From Planctomycetota bacterium (GTDB lineage Bacteria > Planctomycetota > B15-G4), in assembly GCA_965248575.1 (NCBI GenBank), contig CBDFJQ010000002.1, forward strand, positions 2,400,001-2,464,000: a stretch of 64,000 nt of DNA, given 5' to 3'. The position numbers were made by a program, and so were the translations under genes. The notes beneath the pieces were generated by a model. It saw only the letters and a list, made by a program, of their open reading frames with translations, was not told where the DNA came from and made no database searches. Below, in pieces: positions 28,221-38,613 of this stretch (position 1 is its first letter; each line of letters opens with the position of its first letter).

Positions 28221-29384
28221 CTAGTGCGCCCGGAGGGCGTCCACGGGCCGGAGTCGCGCTGCGCGCCAGGCAGGCAGAGCGCCGCCCAGCAGACCCAGGA
28301 CGAAGGCCAGCAGGAACGAAGTCCCTACGAGTTTCGGAGTCACCTGGAACGCGAAGGACACGTCCGTGAAGGTGTTGAAGTTGGTCATGCCCGTACCCAG
28401 TCCATCGAAGGGCATGGTGAGCAAGACGCCGGCCCCGCCCCCGACCACTCCGATCAGGGCTGCCTCCAGCAAGAACGTCACGAAGATCGAGAGCCGGCTG
28501 TAACCCACTGCCAACAAGACGCCGATCTCGTGGGTGCGTGACGCCACGGACGCGAGCATGGTGTTGACTGCACCCAGCACAGCCGAACTCCCCATGACCA
28601 GCGTGAGGAAGAAGGCGAGCCCCTGGAGGATTCCGCCCAAGCCCGTGGTCTGGGCCTCCAGATACTCGCGCTCGGATTGGAGCTCGACGGTCGAGCGACG
28701 GTCCTCCGACAGGGCAGTCTTCACCGCCTCCATATCCGTGCCGTCCCGCATGCGGGCCACGATGCGCTGGAAGCCAGGGCGGTCGAGGGCGTCCAACATG
28801 CGATCCACATCGCCCCAGACCTCGCTGCCTTGGGCCCCGCCATGCTGGAACACGCCGACCACCTTGAAGGGCGTGAGGTTGAGGGTGATCGTGTCGCCCA
28901 CCAACGCGTTCTTCATGCGCGTCGTCATGGGCTTGCCGATCACCACCTCATCGGTGCCGAACTCGAACCAACGCCCCTCCAAGAGCTGCACGTCATCCCC
29001 CATGATCTCCAACGACAGGGGCTGGATGCCGCGCAAAGGCACGTTGGTGAGGTCGCCGTCCTGGGCCTCCATGTACACCGCCAGGAAACTCTCGGCCGCA
29101 GCGAGTGGGCGCCCATCCGCCGAGCGAGCGATCTCCGGACGTTCCTTCATGACGACGTCAACGATGTCCCGGGTGATCCAGCTTTCCCCTTCGCTGGAAG
29201 CGCCGGGGCGCAGGTACACGCCGATGGACTCGTCGCCGCGGACTCGGTAGACGGACTCGAAGCCGTCGCGCAAGGCAATCACGCCGGCGAACACTGCAAC
29301 CGTGCAGGCGATGCCCAGCATCGTCAACAGAGCCGACGAGCGGCGGACCATGACATTGCGCACCGTGTATCGCAGGGGAAGCAT
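28221..29384 (-). CDS. ABC transporter permease (MacB/FtsX family)
   Basis: 'RNVMVRRSSALLT', 'NTMLASVASRTHEIGVLLAVGYS', 'PAWRAARLRPVDALR'. Confidence 0.92.
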   Translation of the reverse strand: MLPLRYTVRNVMVRRSSALLTMLGIACTVAVFAGVIALRDGFESVYRVRGDESIGVYLRPGASSEGESWITRDIVDVVMKERPEIARSADGRPLAAAESFLAVYMEAQDGDLTNVPLRGIQPLSLEIMGDDVQLLEGRWFEFGTDEVVIGKPMTTRMKNALVGDTITLNLTPFKVVGVFQHGGAQGSEVWGDVDRMLDALDRPGFQRIVARMRDGTDMEAVKTALSEDRRSTVELQSEREYLEAQTTGLGGILQGLAFFLTLVMGSSAVLGAVNTMLASVASRTHEIGVLLAVGYSRLSIFVTFLLEAALIGVVGGGAGVLLTMPFDGLGTGMTNFNTFTDVSFAFQVTPKLVGTSFLLAFVLGLLGGALPAWRAARLRPVDALRAH

Positions 29385-30595
29385 CAGCCATCGCTCCTAA
29401 AGGCATCGGCGGGTTGCAGGCGGCCCAACCCGATAGCGGGCCCGAGACCGGCGACCACTCCCACGAGCACGGTGACGGCGCTGGCCAGCAGCACCGTGGA
29501 GAACTCCACGGCATAACCCGGGATGGCCCCGCCGATCGCCCAGCTCATGCGGTCCTCGAAGGCCGTGGCAATCAGGATTCCCAGCGCACCGCCCGTGAGA
29601 CACAAGACCAAGGACTCCACCAGCAGCAACCGCGCCACGCTCATGTTGCTGAAACCCAGCGCCTTCAGGATGCCCGCCTCCCCCCGTCGCTGGCGCCCCG
29701 CCATGATCATCGTGTTGACCACCGAGAACAGCACCGCAAACACGATCGCCCCACCGATGCCACCCATGAAAGCCGGGACATTGCCAAGCATCGAGGCAAA
29801 GAAGGACTGGAAGACCGCCTCGGTGGATGTCTTGGTGCGTTGCGGACCGTTCTCGAACAGCTTGTCGATGGACTGGCTCACGGCCCCTGGGTCAGCAGTC
29901 GGCAGGAGGTTCACGGCATAGACCCCCGTGCCCAGGCCATCGGTGGCCCCCTCAGCCTCCAGCGTCTCGCGCAGGTAGTCGAAGCGAAAGAACAGCTGCC
30001 GTGTGTCGAAGTTTGATTTGAGCGGTTCGTAGACCCCGACGATCACGAAGTCCCAGGCGCTGCGATCCTCCTTCACGAAGATGCGCGGGAGAATGGGCAC
30101 GGTGTCGCCCACCTTCCATCCGTTCTCGCGCACGAGACCCGGGCCGATGATGGCTGCCCGGCGCTCCCCGTTCATGGCGGCCTGGACGGCCTCCCGTGCG
30201 GTTTCACCCGTGCTGCCACCTGGGCCCTCGACGATGCGCATGTCCTTCGCATACATGTCGAGCAGGCGCTCATGGTCGACTCCGAACTGCGCAAACGGCT
30301 GCTCGTCCTCCTTGAAGTAGCCGCCGAACCACTGGAAGACCGTCACGTCTTCCACGCCCGGCACGGCAACGATCTTTTCCTGGTAGCCGAGGGGGAGTTC
30401 CACGAAGAGCGATACCGCCGATTGCACGATCAGGCGCTGGGTGGCTTCGGAGTTCACCGCTTTCTCGAGCGAAGTCACGATGGAGACGACAAAGCACAGC
30501 AGGAACATCGCCAGGGTGATGGCCGCCACCGTCAGCCCGCTGCGCATCCAGTGCTGCGTCAGGTGCTTGCGCACCAAGATCAGGTTGGACCTCAT
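29384..30595 (-). CDS. ABC transporter permease (MacB/FtsX family)
   Basis: 'NTMIMAGRQRRGEAGILKALGFS', 'LLLVES', C-terminal 'RLQPADAFR'. Confidence 0.92.
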   Translation of the reverse strand: MRSNLILVRKHLTQHWMRSGLTVAAITLAMFLLCFVVSIVTSLEKAVNSEATQRLIVQSAVSLFVELPLGYQEKIVAVPGVEDVTVFQWFGGYFKEDEQPFAQFGVDHERLLDMYAKDMRIVEGPGGSTGETAREAVQAAMNGERRAAIIGPGLVRENGWKVGDTVPILPRIFVKEDRSAWDFVIVGVYEPLKSNFDTRQLFFRFDYLRETLEAEGATDGLGTGVYAVNLLPTADPGAVSQSIDKLFENGPQRTKTSTEAVFQSFFASMLGNVPAFMGGIGGAIVFAVLFSVVNTMIMAGRQRRGEAGILKALGFSNMSVARLLLVESLVLCLTGGALGILIATAFEDRMSWAIGGAIPGYAVEFSTVLLASAVTVLVGVVAGLGPAIGLGRLQPADAFRSDG

Positions 30596-31287
30596 GAGGG
30601 CGCGCCCTCCGTAGAGTCCACGAGCACCCCCTTGTCGAGGTTCACCGTGCGCCGGGCCCGCTCTCCAACCATGGTGTCATGGGTCACCACGGCGAAGGTC
30701 TTGCCGAGCTCCGTGTTGAGGCGCTGGAGCAGCTCCATGATGGACGTCGCGCTCTCGCGGTCGAGGTCACCTGTGGGCTCGTCCGCCAGGATCAGGTCGG
30801 GGTCCGTGGCGATGGCCCGCGCGATGGCAACCCGTTGCTCCTGGCCGCCCGACAGTTGCTTGGGCCGGTGGGTCATGCGGTCGGCAAGCCCGACCACATC
30901 GAGGGCAAACTCGGCCTGCTTGCGCCGCTCCTTCGCACTCAGAGGCGTCAGCAACAACGGCAACATGACGTTCTCGAGCGCCGTCAGGACCGGCATCAGG
31001 TTGAAGGACTGGAAAACGAAACCGATGTGTTTGCTGCGCCAACGAGCGAGGGCTCCCGACGACATGCTCCCCAGTTCGCTCCCGGCTACGATGACCTTGC
31101 CGGAGTCCGGGACGTCCAAGCCCCCGACGATGTTGAGGATGGTGCTCTTGCCCGAACCGCTAGGGCCCATGAGCGCCACGAAGTCCCCGGCCTCCACCTG
31201 GAAGTCCAACGCATCCAAGACCGTGAGTGTCTCGTTGCCCCGCGAGTAGCGCTTGGAGACGCCCTGCATGTCGATCATGAGTTCCAT
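30592..31287 (-). CDS. ABC transporter ATP-binding protein (LolD/MacB type)
   Basis: Walker A GPSGSGKST, signature LSGGQEQRVAIARA, Walker B ILADEPTGDLD, VTHD. Confidence 0.96.
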   Translation of the reverse strand: MELMIDMQGVSKRYSRGNETLTVLDALDFQVEAGDFVALMGPSGSGKSTILNIVGGLDVPDSGKVIVAGSELGSMSSGALARWRSKHIGFVFQSFNLMPVLTALENVMLPLLLTPLSAKERRKQAEFALDVVGLADRMTHRPKQLSGGQEQRVAIARAIATDPDLILADEPTGDLDRESATSIMELLQRLNTELGKTFAVVTHDTMVGERARRTVNLDKGVLVDSTEGAPS

Positions 31288-31322
31288 GAGCTCGCTTCGC
31301 CTTGCCGTGGGGTCAGATGGTT

Positions 31323-32537
31323 CTAGGAATCGGAGGCGAGGCGTACGGCCGTGCCGTCCAGGAGATCGGGAGCCGGACTGAGCACGACTCGTTCATTGCC
31401 GCTCAGCCCTGCGATGACATTCGTCTCGCCGGCAACGGTATCACCTTCGACCTCGATGGCTCGGCGCGCTACGACCTCCCCCTCGAGCACGAACACGAAG
31501 AGCTCAGCGTCTTGCCCGACGATCGCCTTGGTGGGCACGAAGACACCCGGAGCGGCAGCTTCGTCTGCCTCGTCCTCTTCCGTCAGGAAGACGGCTCGCA
31601 CACCGAGCTCAGGCAGGATCCGCGCATCCCGCTTCAAGAACTCGACGCGCACCTCGACGGTGGCCTTGGTGCGGTCGGCCATGGGCCAGATCTGTCGCAC
31701 ACGACCCGGGTACGCGTCGGTGGGAAACGCGTCCAGATAGATGCGCACCGGCGCCCCCTCGCGGGCCACCGCCAACGTGCTCTGGGAGAGCTCCACCTGG
31801 ACCTCCAGGGTGTCGAAATCCACCAGGGTCGCCACGGCACCACGCGAGGTGGGCCCAATCCCCCCGAGGGCCGACACGACCTCACCCACTTCGGCATCCT
31901 TCGCCGTGATGATCCCCGCGAAGGGTGCATACACCGAGGACTTGTCGATGCGCACCTCGATGGCCTGCAGGGACGCTCTCAGCGCCAGCAGCCCGGCCCG
32001 TGCCTCGTCGCGCGTCGCCAGGGCGGAATCGCGCATGGACACTGAGGTGTCGCCGGTGACAAGCAGGGCATCGTGGCGGGCGAACTCCGTTTCCGCCAGG
32101 GCCAACGTGGCTTTCGCCCGCTCGATCTCCGCGTTCACCTCGGCCAGCGTGGCCTCCAACTCGCGGGTGTCCAGGCGCGCCACCAGCTCGCCGGCGTCGA
32201 CCCGATCCCCCTCTTCCACGCGCAGTTCGACGATGCGGCCCTGGATGTCGGTGGAGAGGGCAGCCTGCCGGCGTGCCACCACGTAGCCGTTGGCGCTGGT
32301 GCCCTCGGCACTGGCCACTCCGCCCGAAACGCGCACCCGGCCGACGGAGACAGCAGGGCGCTTGTCCATGCCCGCGATCCAACCTCCGCGCCAGGCTTCC
32401 CAGCCGGCGAACAGAAGCAGCAAGACGAGGCACATCCACCAACCACCGCGCCCCGACGAGGCCGACGATCGTTCGCCGCTCCCGGAGCGGTCGATGGAAA
32501 GTCTTGCGAGATCGGGGCGGGATTGGGGCTCGGACAT
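31323..32537 (-). CDS. Efflux membrane-fusion / periplasmic adaptor subunit (MacA-like)
   Basis: N-terminal TM; 'ANGYVVARRQA', 'GRIVELRVEEGDRV', 'YAPFAGII', 'ADRTKATVEVRV'. Confidence 0.92.
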   Translation of the reverse strand: MSEPQSRPDLARLSIDRSGSGERSSASSGRGGWWMCLVLLLLFAGWEAWRGGWIAGMDKRPAVSVGRVRVSGGVASAEGTSANGYVVARRQAALSTDIQGRIVELRVEEGDRVDAGELVARLDTRELEATLAEVNAEIERAKATLALAETEFARHDALLVTGDTSVSMRDSALATRDEARAGLLALRASLQAIEVRIDKSSVYAPFAGIITAKDAEVGEVVSALGGIGPTSRGAVATLVDFDTLEVQVELSQSTLAVAREGAPVRIYLDAFPTDAYPGRVRQIWPMADRTKATVEVRVEFLKRDARILPELGVRAVFLTEEDEADEAAAPGVFVPTKAIVGQDAELFVFVLEGEVVARRAIEVEGDTVAGETNVIAGLSGNERVVLSPAPDLLDGTAVRLASDS

Positions 32538-32585
32538 GGGCCCGGGATTGTACGGGAGCTTCCCCCCCGAGCGCTCAGGTTCTGG

Positions 32586-34523
32586 TCAAAGGATGTCGAG
32601 CACCTCATCCATGGACTGGAGCTTGGCGCAGTAGTTGTTGTGCGCGCTGATGGCTGCGTTCCAGGGCAGCTCGTTCTTCTCACCGATGATGCCCAAGGCG
32701 ACACAGGCGAAAGCCCGGGTGAGCTTCTGCTGCCGTTCATCGTTTGCAACCTGCTTCAGAGCTTCGATGGAGCCCTTGTCCCCGATCAAGCCCAAGGCCT
32801 TGGCGACCGCCGAACTCACACCGAGGGTCTTGGCTGTTTCGAGCGAGTCAATCAAGGTGCTCACGGCCCTCGTGTCGCTCATCAGGCCCAAACCTGTGGA
32901 GGCTTGCAGCCGCAGGGAGGGCTGGGTGGTCTTGTCCTGGCAAATGCCCCGCAGTGCATCGCTCGCCTCAGCGTGGTTCATGAAACCCAAGGCGACACTC
33001 GCATAGCCGCGGAAGTCCGGCTCCTTGCGCCGGTTGAAGTCCTCGAAGATCTGCTCTCCAAAGGAAGCGTCGTTCAGGAGGCCCAAGGCCACGGCGAAGG
33101 CGCTCTTGAAGGACAGGTTGCTCTCCTTCAGATAGGCCGCCTCGATGCGGGCGATGAAGTGGCCCTGGATGTCGTCGTGGGCACGGCTGTAGAGCGCTGC
33201 GGCAATCGCCGCCCAGGAGCGATGCCCCCGGCTCCTGCCGTGCCCCTGGATCTCACGGCACAGGAGCATCGTGAGATCGGCGTGCGCTTGGGGATGGAAG
33301 TCCATGGATCCATCCCGGGCACCAATCTGCGCCAAGGAGATCAGAGCGAAGTGCCGGGTCTGTTGGTCACGGCCCTCCTTGACGTAGTCCGTCAAAGTCT
33401 CGAGCACACTCTCGTCTCCCATGGACGCCAGCTGGCCCAAGCCGACTGCCACAGAGGCGCGGATCAAGTTGTCGGTGTCCCGGTCGCTGAAGAGCGCCAG
33501 CAGGGGTTGCACGGCGGCAGGGTCCCCGAGCTTGCCCAAGGAGGTCGGGATGTAGCTGGCGATGAGCGGGTCCATGTTCCGCTCATCGAGCAGGCCCATC
33601 AGGAAGCGGACAACCTCTGGCTTCAGGTCGCCCTCCACGAGGCCCAGCCCCACCAGGGCGCAGACCTTGATGTCGCGGTCGCTGTCGGGGAGCTGCTCCA
33701 CCACGTGCATGAGTGGGCACACGGAGTTCGCATCCCCGATCATTCCCAGGGACAGGGCGGAGAATGCGCGCACCAGCCAATGCACCTTTCCGCCGCTCAA
33801 CTTCCGGCCCTCGGAGTCATCGCGCATGAGACTGAGCAAGGCCGGCACGGCTTTCGGCGAACCCAGCACGCCCAGGCTCAGTGCGGTGGACGACTGCACT
33901 GAAAGTTCGGAGTGCGCCAGCAAGGGCATGGCCACATCCACAACCGCGTCCGCGCTGCCCGCATCCGAGGTTCGCGCCAGGGCGAGCACTGCTGAGTCGA
34001 GCACGTCGCGATCCTGCGACTGGTGCACCAACTCCAGGAGGGCGGGGATCACGTCCGACTCGACCATGAATCGGTCAGGGCGACGCGACCAGCAGCCTCG
34101 CAATGCGTGCTTGCCCTTCCCCGTCATGGCCCCGATGCTTCCCGACACCGTGGTCTGTGCGCTCAGCCGGGACTTCAGGTTGAGGAAACGGTCCTTGTTG
34201 TTCTCCCACCAGTACTCCCAGACCTCGAAACCCTGGCCCAGGGAGCGCTCTCCGACGCGGGTGGTCGGACTGCGTCGTCCGCTCTCGCCACGCACCGGCC
34301 GCCCCCCTCCAGTGCCTGAACCCGGCCCTGGGCCGCTCGCCGAACTGGGTGCACCGGGTCCGCGGGCTGCTGCACCTTTTGGATTCGTCGGCGGTCCCAC
34401 CGAGCCGCCGCTGCTGAAGTTTCCGCCGCCTGAATCGCTTGGTGCCTTGATCTGGCCGCCATGGCCGAAGCCCGCAGGCGAGAGAAGTGTCAACACAAGC
34501 ACGATGGTGAGCGCGGATCGCAT
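32586..34523 (-). CDS. Secreted HEAT-repeat protein with HGG-starting Gly/Pro-rich N-terminus
   Basis: Signal peptide ending ...AGFG|HGGQ; G/P/S linker; 'WEYWWENNKDRFLNLK'; repeated 'ALSLGVLG / ALSLGMIG / AVGLGQL / AKALGLIG' HEAT units. Confidence 0.85.
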   Translation of the reverse strand: MRSALTIVLVLTLLSPAGFGHGGQIKAPSDSGGGNFSSGGSVGPPTNPKGAAARGPGAPSSASGPGPGSGTGGGRPVRGESGRRSPTTRVGERSLGQGFEVWEYWWENNKDRFLNLKSRLSAQTTVSGSIGAMTGKGKHALRGCWSRRPDRFMVESDVIPALLELVHQSQDRDVLDSAVLALARTSDAGSADAVVDVAMPLLAHSELSVQSSTALSLGVLGSPKAVPALLSLMRDDSEGRKLSGGKVHWLVRAFSALSLGMIGDANSVCPLMHVVEQLPDSDRDIKVCALVGLGLVEGDLKPEVVRFLMGLLDERNMDPLIASYIPTSLGKLGDPAAVQPLLALFSDRDTDNLIRASVAVGLGQLASMGDESVLETLTDYVKEGRDQQTRHFALISLAQIGARDGSMDFHPQAHADLTMLLCREIQGHGRSRGHRSWAAIAAALYSRAHDDIQGHFIARIEAAYLKESNLSFKSAFAVALGLLNDASFGEQIFEDFNRRKEPDFRGYASVALGFMNHAEASDALRGICQDKTTQPSLRLQASTGLGLMSDTRAVSTLIDSLETAKTLGVSSAVAKALGLIGDKGSIEALKQVANDERQQKLTRAFACVALGIIGEKNELPWNAAISAHNNYCAKLQSMDEVLDIL

Positions 34524-34786
34524 GATGGTTCCCCAAATGGTGCAAGACGAAAACGGGACTCAAGACGGTCGTTGCACCTGTGTGTGCAACGCATGTCCCG
34601 GCCACCTAGACGCTGTTGCCAAGCGAAGCGGGCGCGTGCTGCAGTGACCGCTGAGCGCGTGACACGCGCACGACCAAGCCCACGACGACCCGTGGCCCGC
34701 CCGCCTGGGCACGACCTGGGACCATCGAGCCACGAGGGTGCCGGCGAGCCGGCGAAGTCTTTTTGAAGGACTTCTTGCGCAACTCC

Positions 34787-34804
34787 CTACCTAGTAGTAG
34801 ATAT
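34787..34804 (+). promoter_or_regulatory. Putative TetR operator 1 (autoregulatory)
   Basis: CTACCTA-GTAG-TAGATAT immediately before the TetR ATG; same half-site and spacing as the palindrome at 35420. Confidence 0.6.
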
Positions 34805-35377
34805 ATGTCCATGAGCACCAAAGCAACAGCGACCCAGCTGCTCGATGTCGCACAGCACATGGTCCAGGAGCGGGGCTTCAACGCCTTCAGCTACAAGGAC
34901 CTCAGCGAAGCGGTCGGCATCCGCACGGCCAGCATCCATTACCACTACAAGGGCAAGGCCGAGCTTGGCAAAGCGCTCATGGATCGTTACCGCGCGCGCC
35001 TCGACGCCCAGCTCACGACCCTCGATGCCGGCTCACGCACGGCCAAGGCTCGTCTTCGCGGCCTGATCCAGATGTACCGGGACACGGAGGCAACGGGGCT
35101 TGCCTGCCTATGCGGCTCCTTTGCCACGGACATCGAGACCCTGCCCGAGGAGCTTGCCGAGCACGTCCGGGGCTACCTTCAACGCACCCAGTCCTGGGTC
35201 GAATCGACTCTCAAGGAGGGTGTTGCCTCGGGAGAGTTCGAGCCGATCGCGAAGGCCAGCGACCTCGCAGCCAGCCTGCTGGCGAGCTTGCAAGGCGGCT
35301 TGTTCCTGAGCCGGGCCACCGGCCAGTCACGGCTTGACGCCGTCCAGCGCAGCTTCTTCAAGGCCTTGGGCAGCTGA
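34805..35377 (+). CDS. TetR/AcrR family transcriptional regulator
   Basis: 'LLDVAQHMVQERGFNAFSYKDLSEAVGIRTASIHYHY', C-terminal 'CLCG'. Start 34805 or 34811. Confidence 0.93.
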   Translation: MSMSTKATATQLLDVAQHMVQERGFNAFSYKDLSEAVGIRTASIHYHYKGKAELGKALMDRYRARLDAQLTTLDAGSRTAKARLRGLIQMYRDTEATGLACLCGSFATDIETLPEELAEHVRGYLQRTQSWVESTLKEGVASGEFEPIAKASDLAASLLASLQGGLFLSRATGQSRLDAVQRSFFKALGS

Positions 35378-35419
35378 TTCAAACCACGGCACAGCTCGCA
35401 TTTTCTTCATCCATTTAAA

Positions 35420-35437
35420 CTACCTACGCATAGGTAG
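35420..35437. promoter_or_regulatory. Putative TetR operator 2 upstream of the SDR gene
   Basis: Perfect palindrome CTACCTA-CGCA-TAGGTAG in an AT-rich intergenic stretch. Confidence 0.7.
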
Positions 35438-35470
35438 GTCTACTTCAAGAAACCACACGGAGAAATTCTC

Positions 35471-36238
35471 ATGAGCACGGAAATCCAGAACGTCGCATTG
35501 ATCATCGGTGGCTCCACAGGCATCGGGCGGGCCACGGCAGAACGTCTGCTGAAGCGGGGTGATTCTGTTCATCTCGTGGCTCGCAACCCAGGCCGTCTGG
35601 CCGCGGCGGCCGAGACCTTGAGCCCACTCGGCAGCGTCAGGACCAGCGCCGTGGACCTCGCCAACCCCTCGGATGTCGAGCAGTTCATCCAAGAACTCGA
35701 GGCCGAAGACACGCCGATCCAGTCACTCGTCAACGCGGCCGGCAGCTTCTCCCCCAAGCCCTTCCTCGAGCATGGGCGCAAGGACTATGACACCTACGCG
35801 GACATCAATCGTTCCACCTTCTTCATCACCCAAGCGGTCGCCCGCAACATGAAGGCACACGGGGGAGGAGCCATCGTCAACATCGGTTCCATGTGGGCAA
35901 AGCAGGCGGTGAAAGCCACGCCCTCCTCGGCGTACTCAATGGCCAAGGCCGCACTGCACTCCATGACGCAACACCTCGCGATGGAGCTCGCCGATGACGG
36001 AATCCGGGTCAACGCCGTGTCGCCAGCGGTCGTTGTCACACCCATCTATGGCGCCTTCCTGGACCCCGAGAACATCGAGCAGGAGCTGCAGGCCTTCAAC
36101 GGCTTCCACCCCCTGGGGCGCATCGGCCAGCCACGGGATGTGGCCGCAAGCGTTTCCTTTCTGCTCTCCAAGGACGCGAGCTGGGTGACGGGTGCGGTGT
36201 GGGATGTCGACGGAGGAGTCATGGCTGGCCGCAACTGA
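35471..36238 (+). CDS. Short-chain dehydrogenase/reductase (SDR)
   Basis: 'GGSTGIG', 'VNAAG', 'NIGS', YxxxK 'YSMAK', 'IRVNAVSP', 'VDGG'; RBS GGAG. Confidence 0.95.
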   Translation: MSTEIQNVALIIGGSTGIGRATAERLLKRGDSVHLVARNPGRLAAAAETLSPLGSVRTSAVDLANPSDVEQFIQELEAEDTPIQSLVNAAGSFSPKPFLEHGRKDYDTYADINRSTFFITQAVARNMKAHGGGAIVNIGSMWAKQAVKATPSSAYSMAKAALHSMTQHLAMELADDGIRVNAVSPAVVVTPIYGAFLDPENIEQELQAFNGFHPLGRIGQPRDVAASVSFLLSKDASWVTGAVWDVDGGVMAGRN

Positions 36239-36443
36239 CCAGGGCACCCATCGCCGCTGGTGCACCATCAGGTTGCCTGAAACCGTGCCATGTCGTGGTT
36301 CGCATCAGGGGCTGAGGGAACCGACCGCTCTGGATGAATCGCGCTCGTTTTGCTCAAGTAGGCGGCCCGCTCCCTGCGCTGCGAAGGGCAGTGCTCGCGG
36401 GTTGACCAAGCCCTCCCCTGGCCCTGCACAGCCCCGCGAGCCC

Positions 36444-37097
36444 ATGAGCCCCAAGCGCACTCCCAGTATCCAAACGCTGCCCTGCGATTGGGCGCCGTCC
36501 AAGCAGCCCAGCGACAAACTGCTCGTTGTTCTGCATGGCCGCGGCGATACGTCAGAGGGCTTTCATTGGATGCCGGAAGCCCTGGGATTCGACTCGCTCA
36601 ACTACCTGCTCGTGAACGCCCCCGACGAATACTTCGGTGGGCTCAGCTGGTATGCCCTGCCACCAGACCAGGAGCCGGGGGTCTTGCGCTCCCGAGGCCT
36701 GCTCGACACCTTGTTCGAGGAGTTGATCGAACAGGGCTATGAACCTGCCAACATCGGCTTGCTCGGCTTCTCCCAAGGTTGCCTCATGACTCTCGAATGG
36801 GGCGCCCGCTCGGCGCATGCCCTCGCAGCCTACGTCGGCATCTCAGGCTACTGCCTCGACCCGGCGACGCTGCTCAGAGAGCGCCACCCCGACCGCTCCA
36901 CCGCCCCCTGGCTCATCACCCACGGCCGCCAGGACGAGGCCCTGCCTTACGAGACGACGCGCCAACAGATGGAGACCCTGGCCAGCGGAGGATTTCCGCT
37001 GCGCTTCGAGACCTATGACAAGGGTCACACCATCGACCCGCGCGATGAACTGCCCGTGTTGCGGGAGTTCCTCGCGGAGCGGCTTGGGCTCGCCTGA
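36444..37097 (+). CDS. Phospholipase/carboxylesterase (alpha/beta hydrolase 2)
   Basis: 'LHGRGD', nucleophile elbow 'GFSQG', 'THGRQDE', 'GHTI'. Confidence 0.9.
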   Translation: MSPKRTPSIQTLPCDWAPSKQPSDKLLVVLHGRGDTSEGFHWMPEALGFDSLNYLLVNAPDEYFGGLSWYALPPDQEPGVLRSRGLLDTLFEELIEQGYEPANIGLLGFSQGCLMTLEWGARSAHALAAYVGISGYCLDPATLLRERHPDRSTAPWLITHGRQDEALPYETTRQQMETLASGGFPLRFETYDKGHTIDPRDELPVLREFLAERLGLA

Positions 37098-37152
37098 GGA
37101 CCGGCTCGCCCCCGGGCAGCCAGCAACCTTCGTCAGCTGTCACGCCCTCGCA

Positions 37153-38613
37153 TCAGCACTCGGGGATCCGCACGGAGATGTTCGCTGCCAGGCCGCCGGC
37201 GCTGGTCTCCTTGTATTGTTCGCGCATGTTCTGGGCCGTCTCCCACATGGTGGCGATGACCTCGTCCAGGGAGACGCGCGCGCTGGCCGGGTCCGTCTCC
37301 GTCGCCAGCTCCGCAGCATTGATGGCCTTCACCGCCCCCATGGCGTTGCGTTCGATACACGGCACCTGCACCAAGCCCCCCACAGGGTCGCAGGTCATGC
37401 CGAGGTGGTGCTCCATGGCGATCTCCGCTGCCATGAGTATCTGACCCACCGAGGCGCCCCGGACGGAGGCCAAGGCGCCGGCTGCCATGGCAGAAGACAC
37501 ACCGATCTCTGCCTGACACCCTCCCATGGCCGCGGAGATGGTGGCGCCCTTCTTGAACAAGGTGCCCAACTCACCGGCGACCAAGAGGAAGTCGAGCACT
37601 TCCCGCTCCTCCACGTCGTGGTCGGCAAAGCAGATGTGGTGCATGAGGACGGCTGGAATGACACCCGCTGCTCCATTGGTCGGCGCCGTCACGACACGCC
37701 CCAAGCAGGCGTTCTCCTCATTGACCGCCAGCGCAAAGCAACTCGTCCACTTCATCACCTCACGGAAGCTGCGGGAGGAGGAGCGCACGGCCTTCATCCA
37801 CTCGTGGACATTGGTCTCTGGCTGATCACCCAGCATGCGCCGTGAGATCCCTGCGGCACGCCTCACGACCCCCAAGCCCCCAGGCAGGGTGCCCTCGGTA
37901 TGGCAGCCGCGATAGATGCTGTCGCGCATGACATGCCAGAGAGCCAAGAGCTCGCTTCGCAGGGTCTCTTCATCGCGCCAGACCAACTCGTTGGTGCGCA
38001 CCAGGTCGAGCAAGCTCATTCCAAGCTCGGTGCACTTGGCAAGCAGATCCTCCGCACACTGGCAGGGGTAGGGGCAGGGCGCGCGTTGAAGCGCCGCGCT
38101 GGACGACTCGCCCTCGCGCAGCACGAAACCGCCGCCGATGGAATACCAGATGGTCGTCCCTGCTGGCTCTTCCAGTGCCTCGCCCGGCCACCAACTGAAA
38201 CGCATGCCGTTCGCATGCTCCGGCAGTCGCTCATCGACGTGGAAGACAATGTCCACGTCGGGGTCGAAGGGCAGCGACCGGCGGGCACCATGAAGCGTGA
38301 GCACCTTCACATCACGCAACTCCTGGAGCATGGCGCTGATGCGATCGATGGGCACAGTCTCCGGGTCGTGACCAAGCAACGCAAGGCTCACAGCCATGTC
38401 CGTCGCATGCCCCTTGCCGGTTTGCGCCAAGGAACCGTAGAGCTCGACACGCACGCCACCGACAGCTTCGAGCCCCGGCGATTGCTCCAACTCGAGCAAC
38501 CAGCGTTGGATGGCGCGCCAAGGACCCAGCGTGTGGGAACTGGACGGACCCACGCCGACCTTGAGCATGTCGAACACGCTGATCGCCTCGTCCTGCTGCA
38601 GAGATGAGGTCAT
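37153..38613 (-). CDS. sdaA: L-serine ammonia-lyase, Fe-S dependent, single chain
   Basis: 'ISVFDMLKVGVGPSSSHTLGP', 'YSIGGGF', 'AVNEENA', 'VTAPTNGAAG', 'GCQAEIG', 'MEHHLGMTCDPVGGLVQVPCIERN', 'YKETSAGGLA'. Confidence 0.96.
   Translation of the reverse strand: MTSSLQQDEAISVFDMLKVGVGPSSSHTLGPWRAIQRWLLELEQSPGLEAVGGVRVELYGSLAQTGKGHATDMAVSLALLGHDPETVPIDRISAMLQELRDVKVLTLHGARRSLPFDPDVDIVFHVDERLPEHANGMRFSWWPGEALEEPAGTTIWYSIGGGFVLREGESSSAALQRAPCPYPCQCAEDLLAKCTELGMSLLDLVRTNELVWRDEETLRSELLALWHVMRDSIYRGCHTEGTLPGGLGVVRRAAGISRRMLGDQPETNVHEWMKAVRSSSRSFREVMKWTSCFALAVNEENACLGRVVTAPTNGAAGVIPAVLMHHICFADHDVEEREVLDFLLVAGELGTLFKKGATISAAMGGCQAEIGVSSAMAAGALASVRGASVGQILMAAEIAMEHHLGMTCDPVGGLVQVPCIERNAMGAVKAINAAELATETDPASARVSLDEVIATMWETAQNMREQYKETSAGGLAANISVRIPEC

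Noticed and set aside
32073..33902. Long antisense ORFs such as 32073-33902, 18762-20108, 11931-13196 and 59649-61016
   Set aside because: They lie opposite well-supported genes. Long shadow frames are expected at this GC content and they show no motifs.
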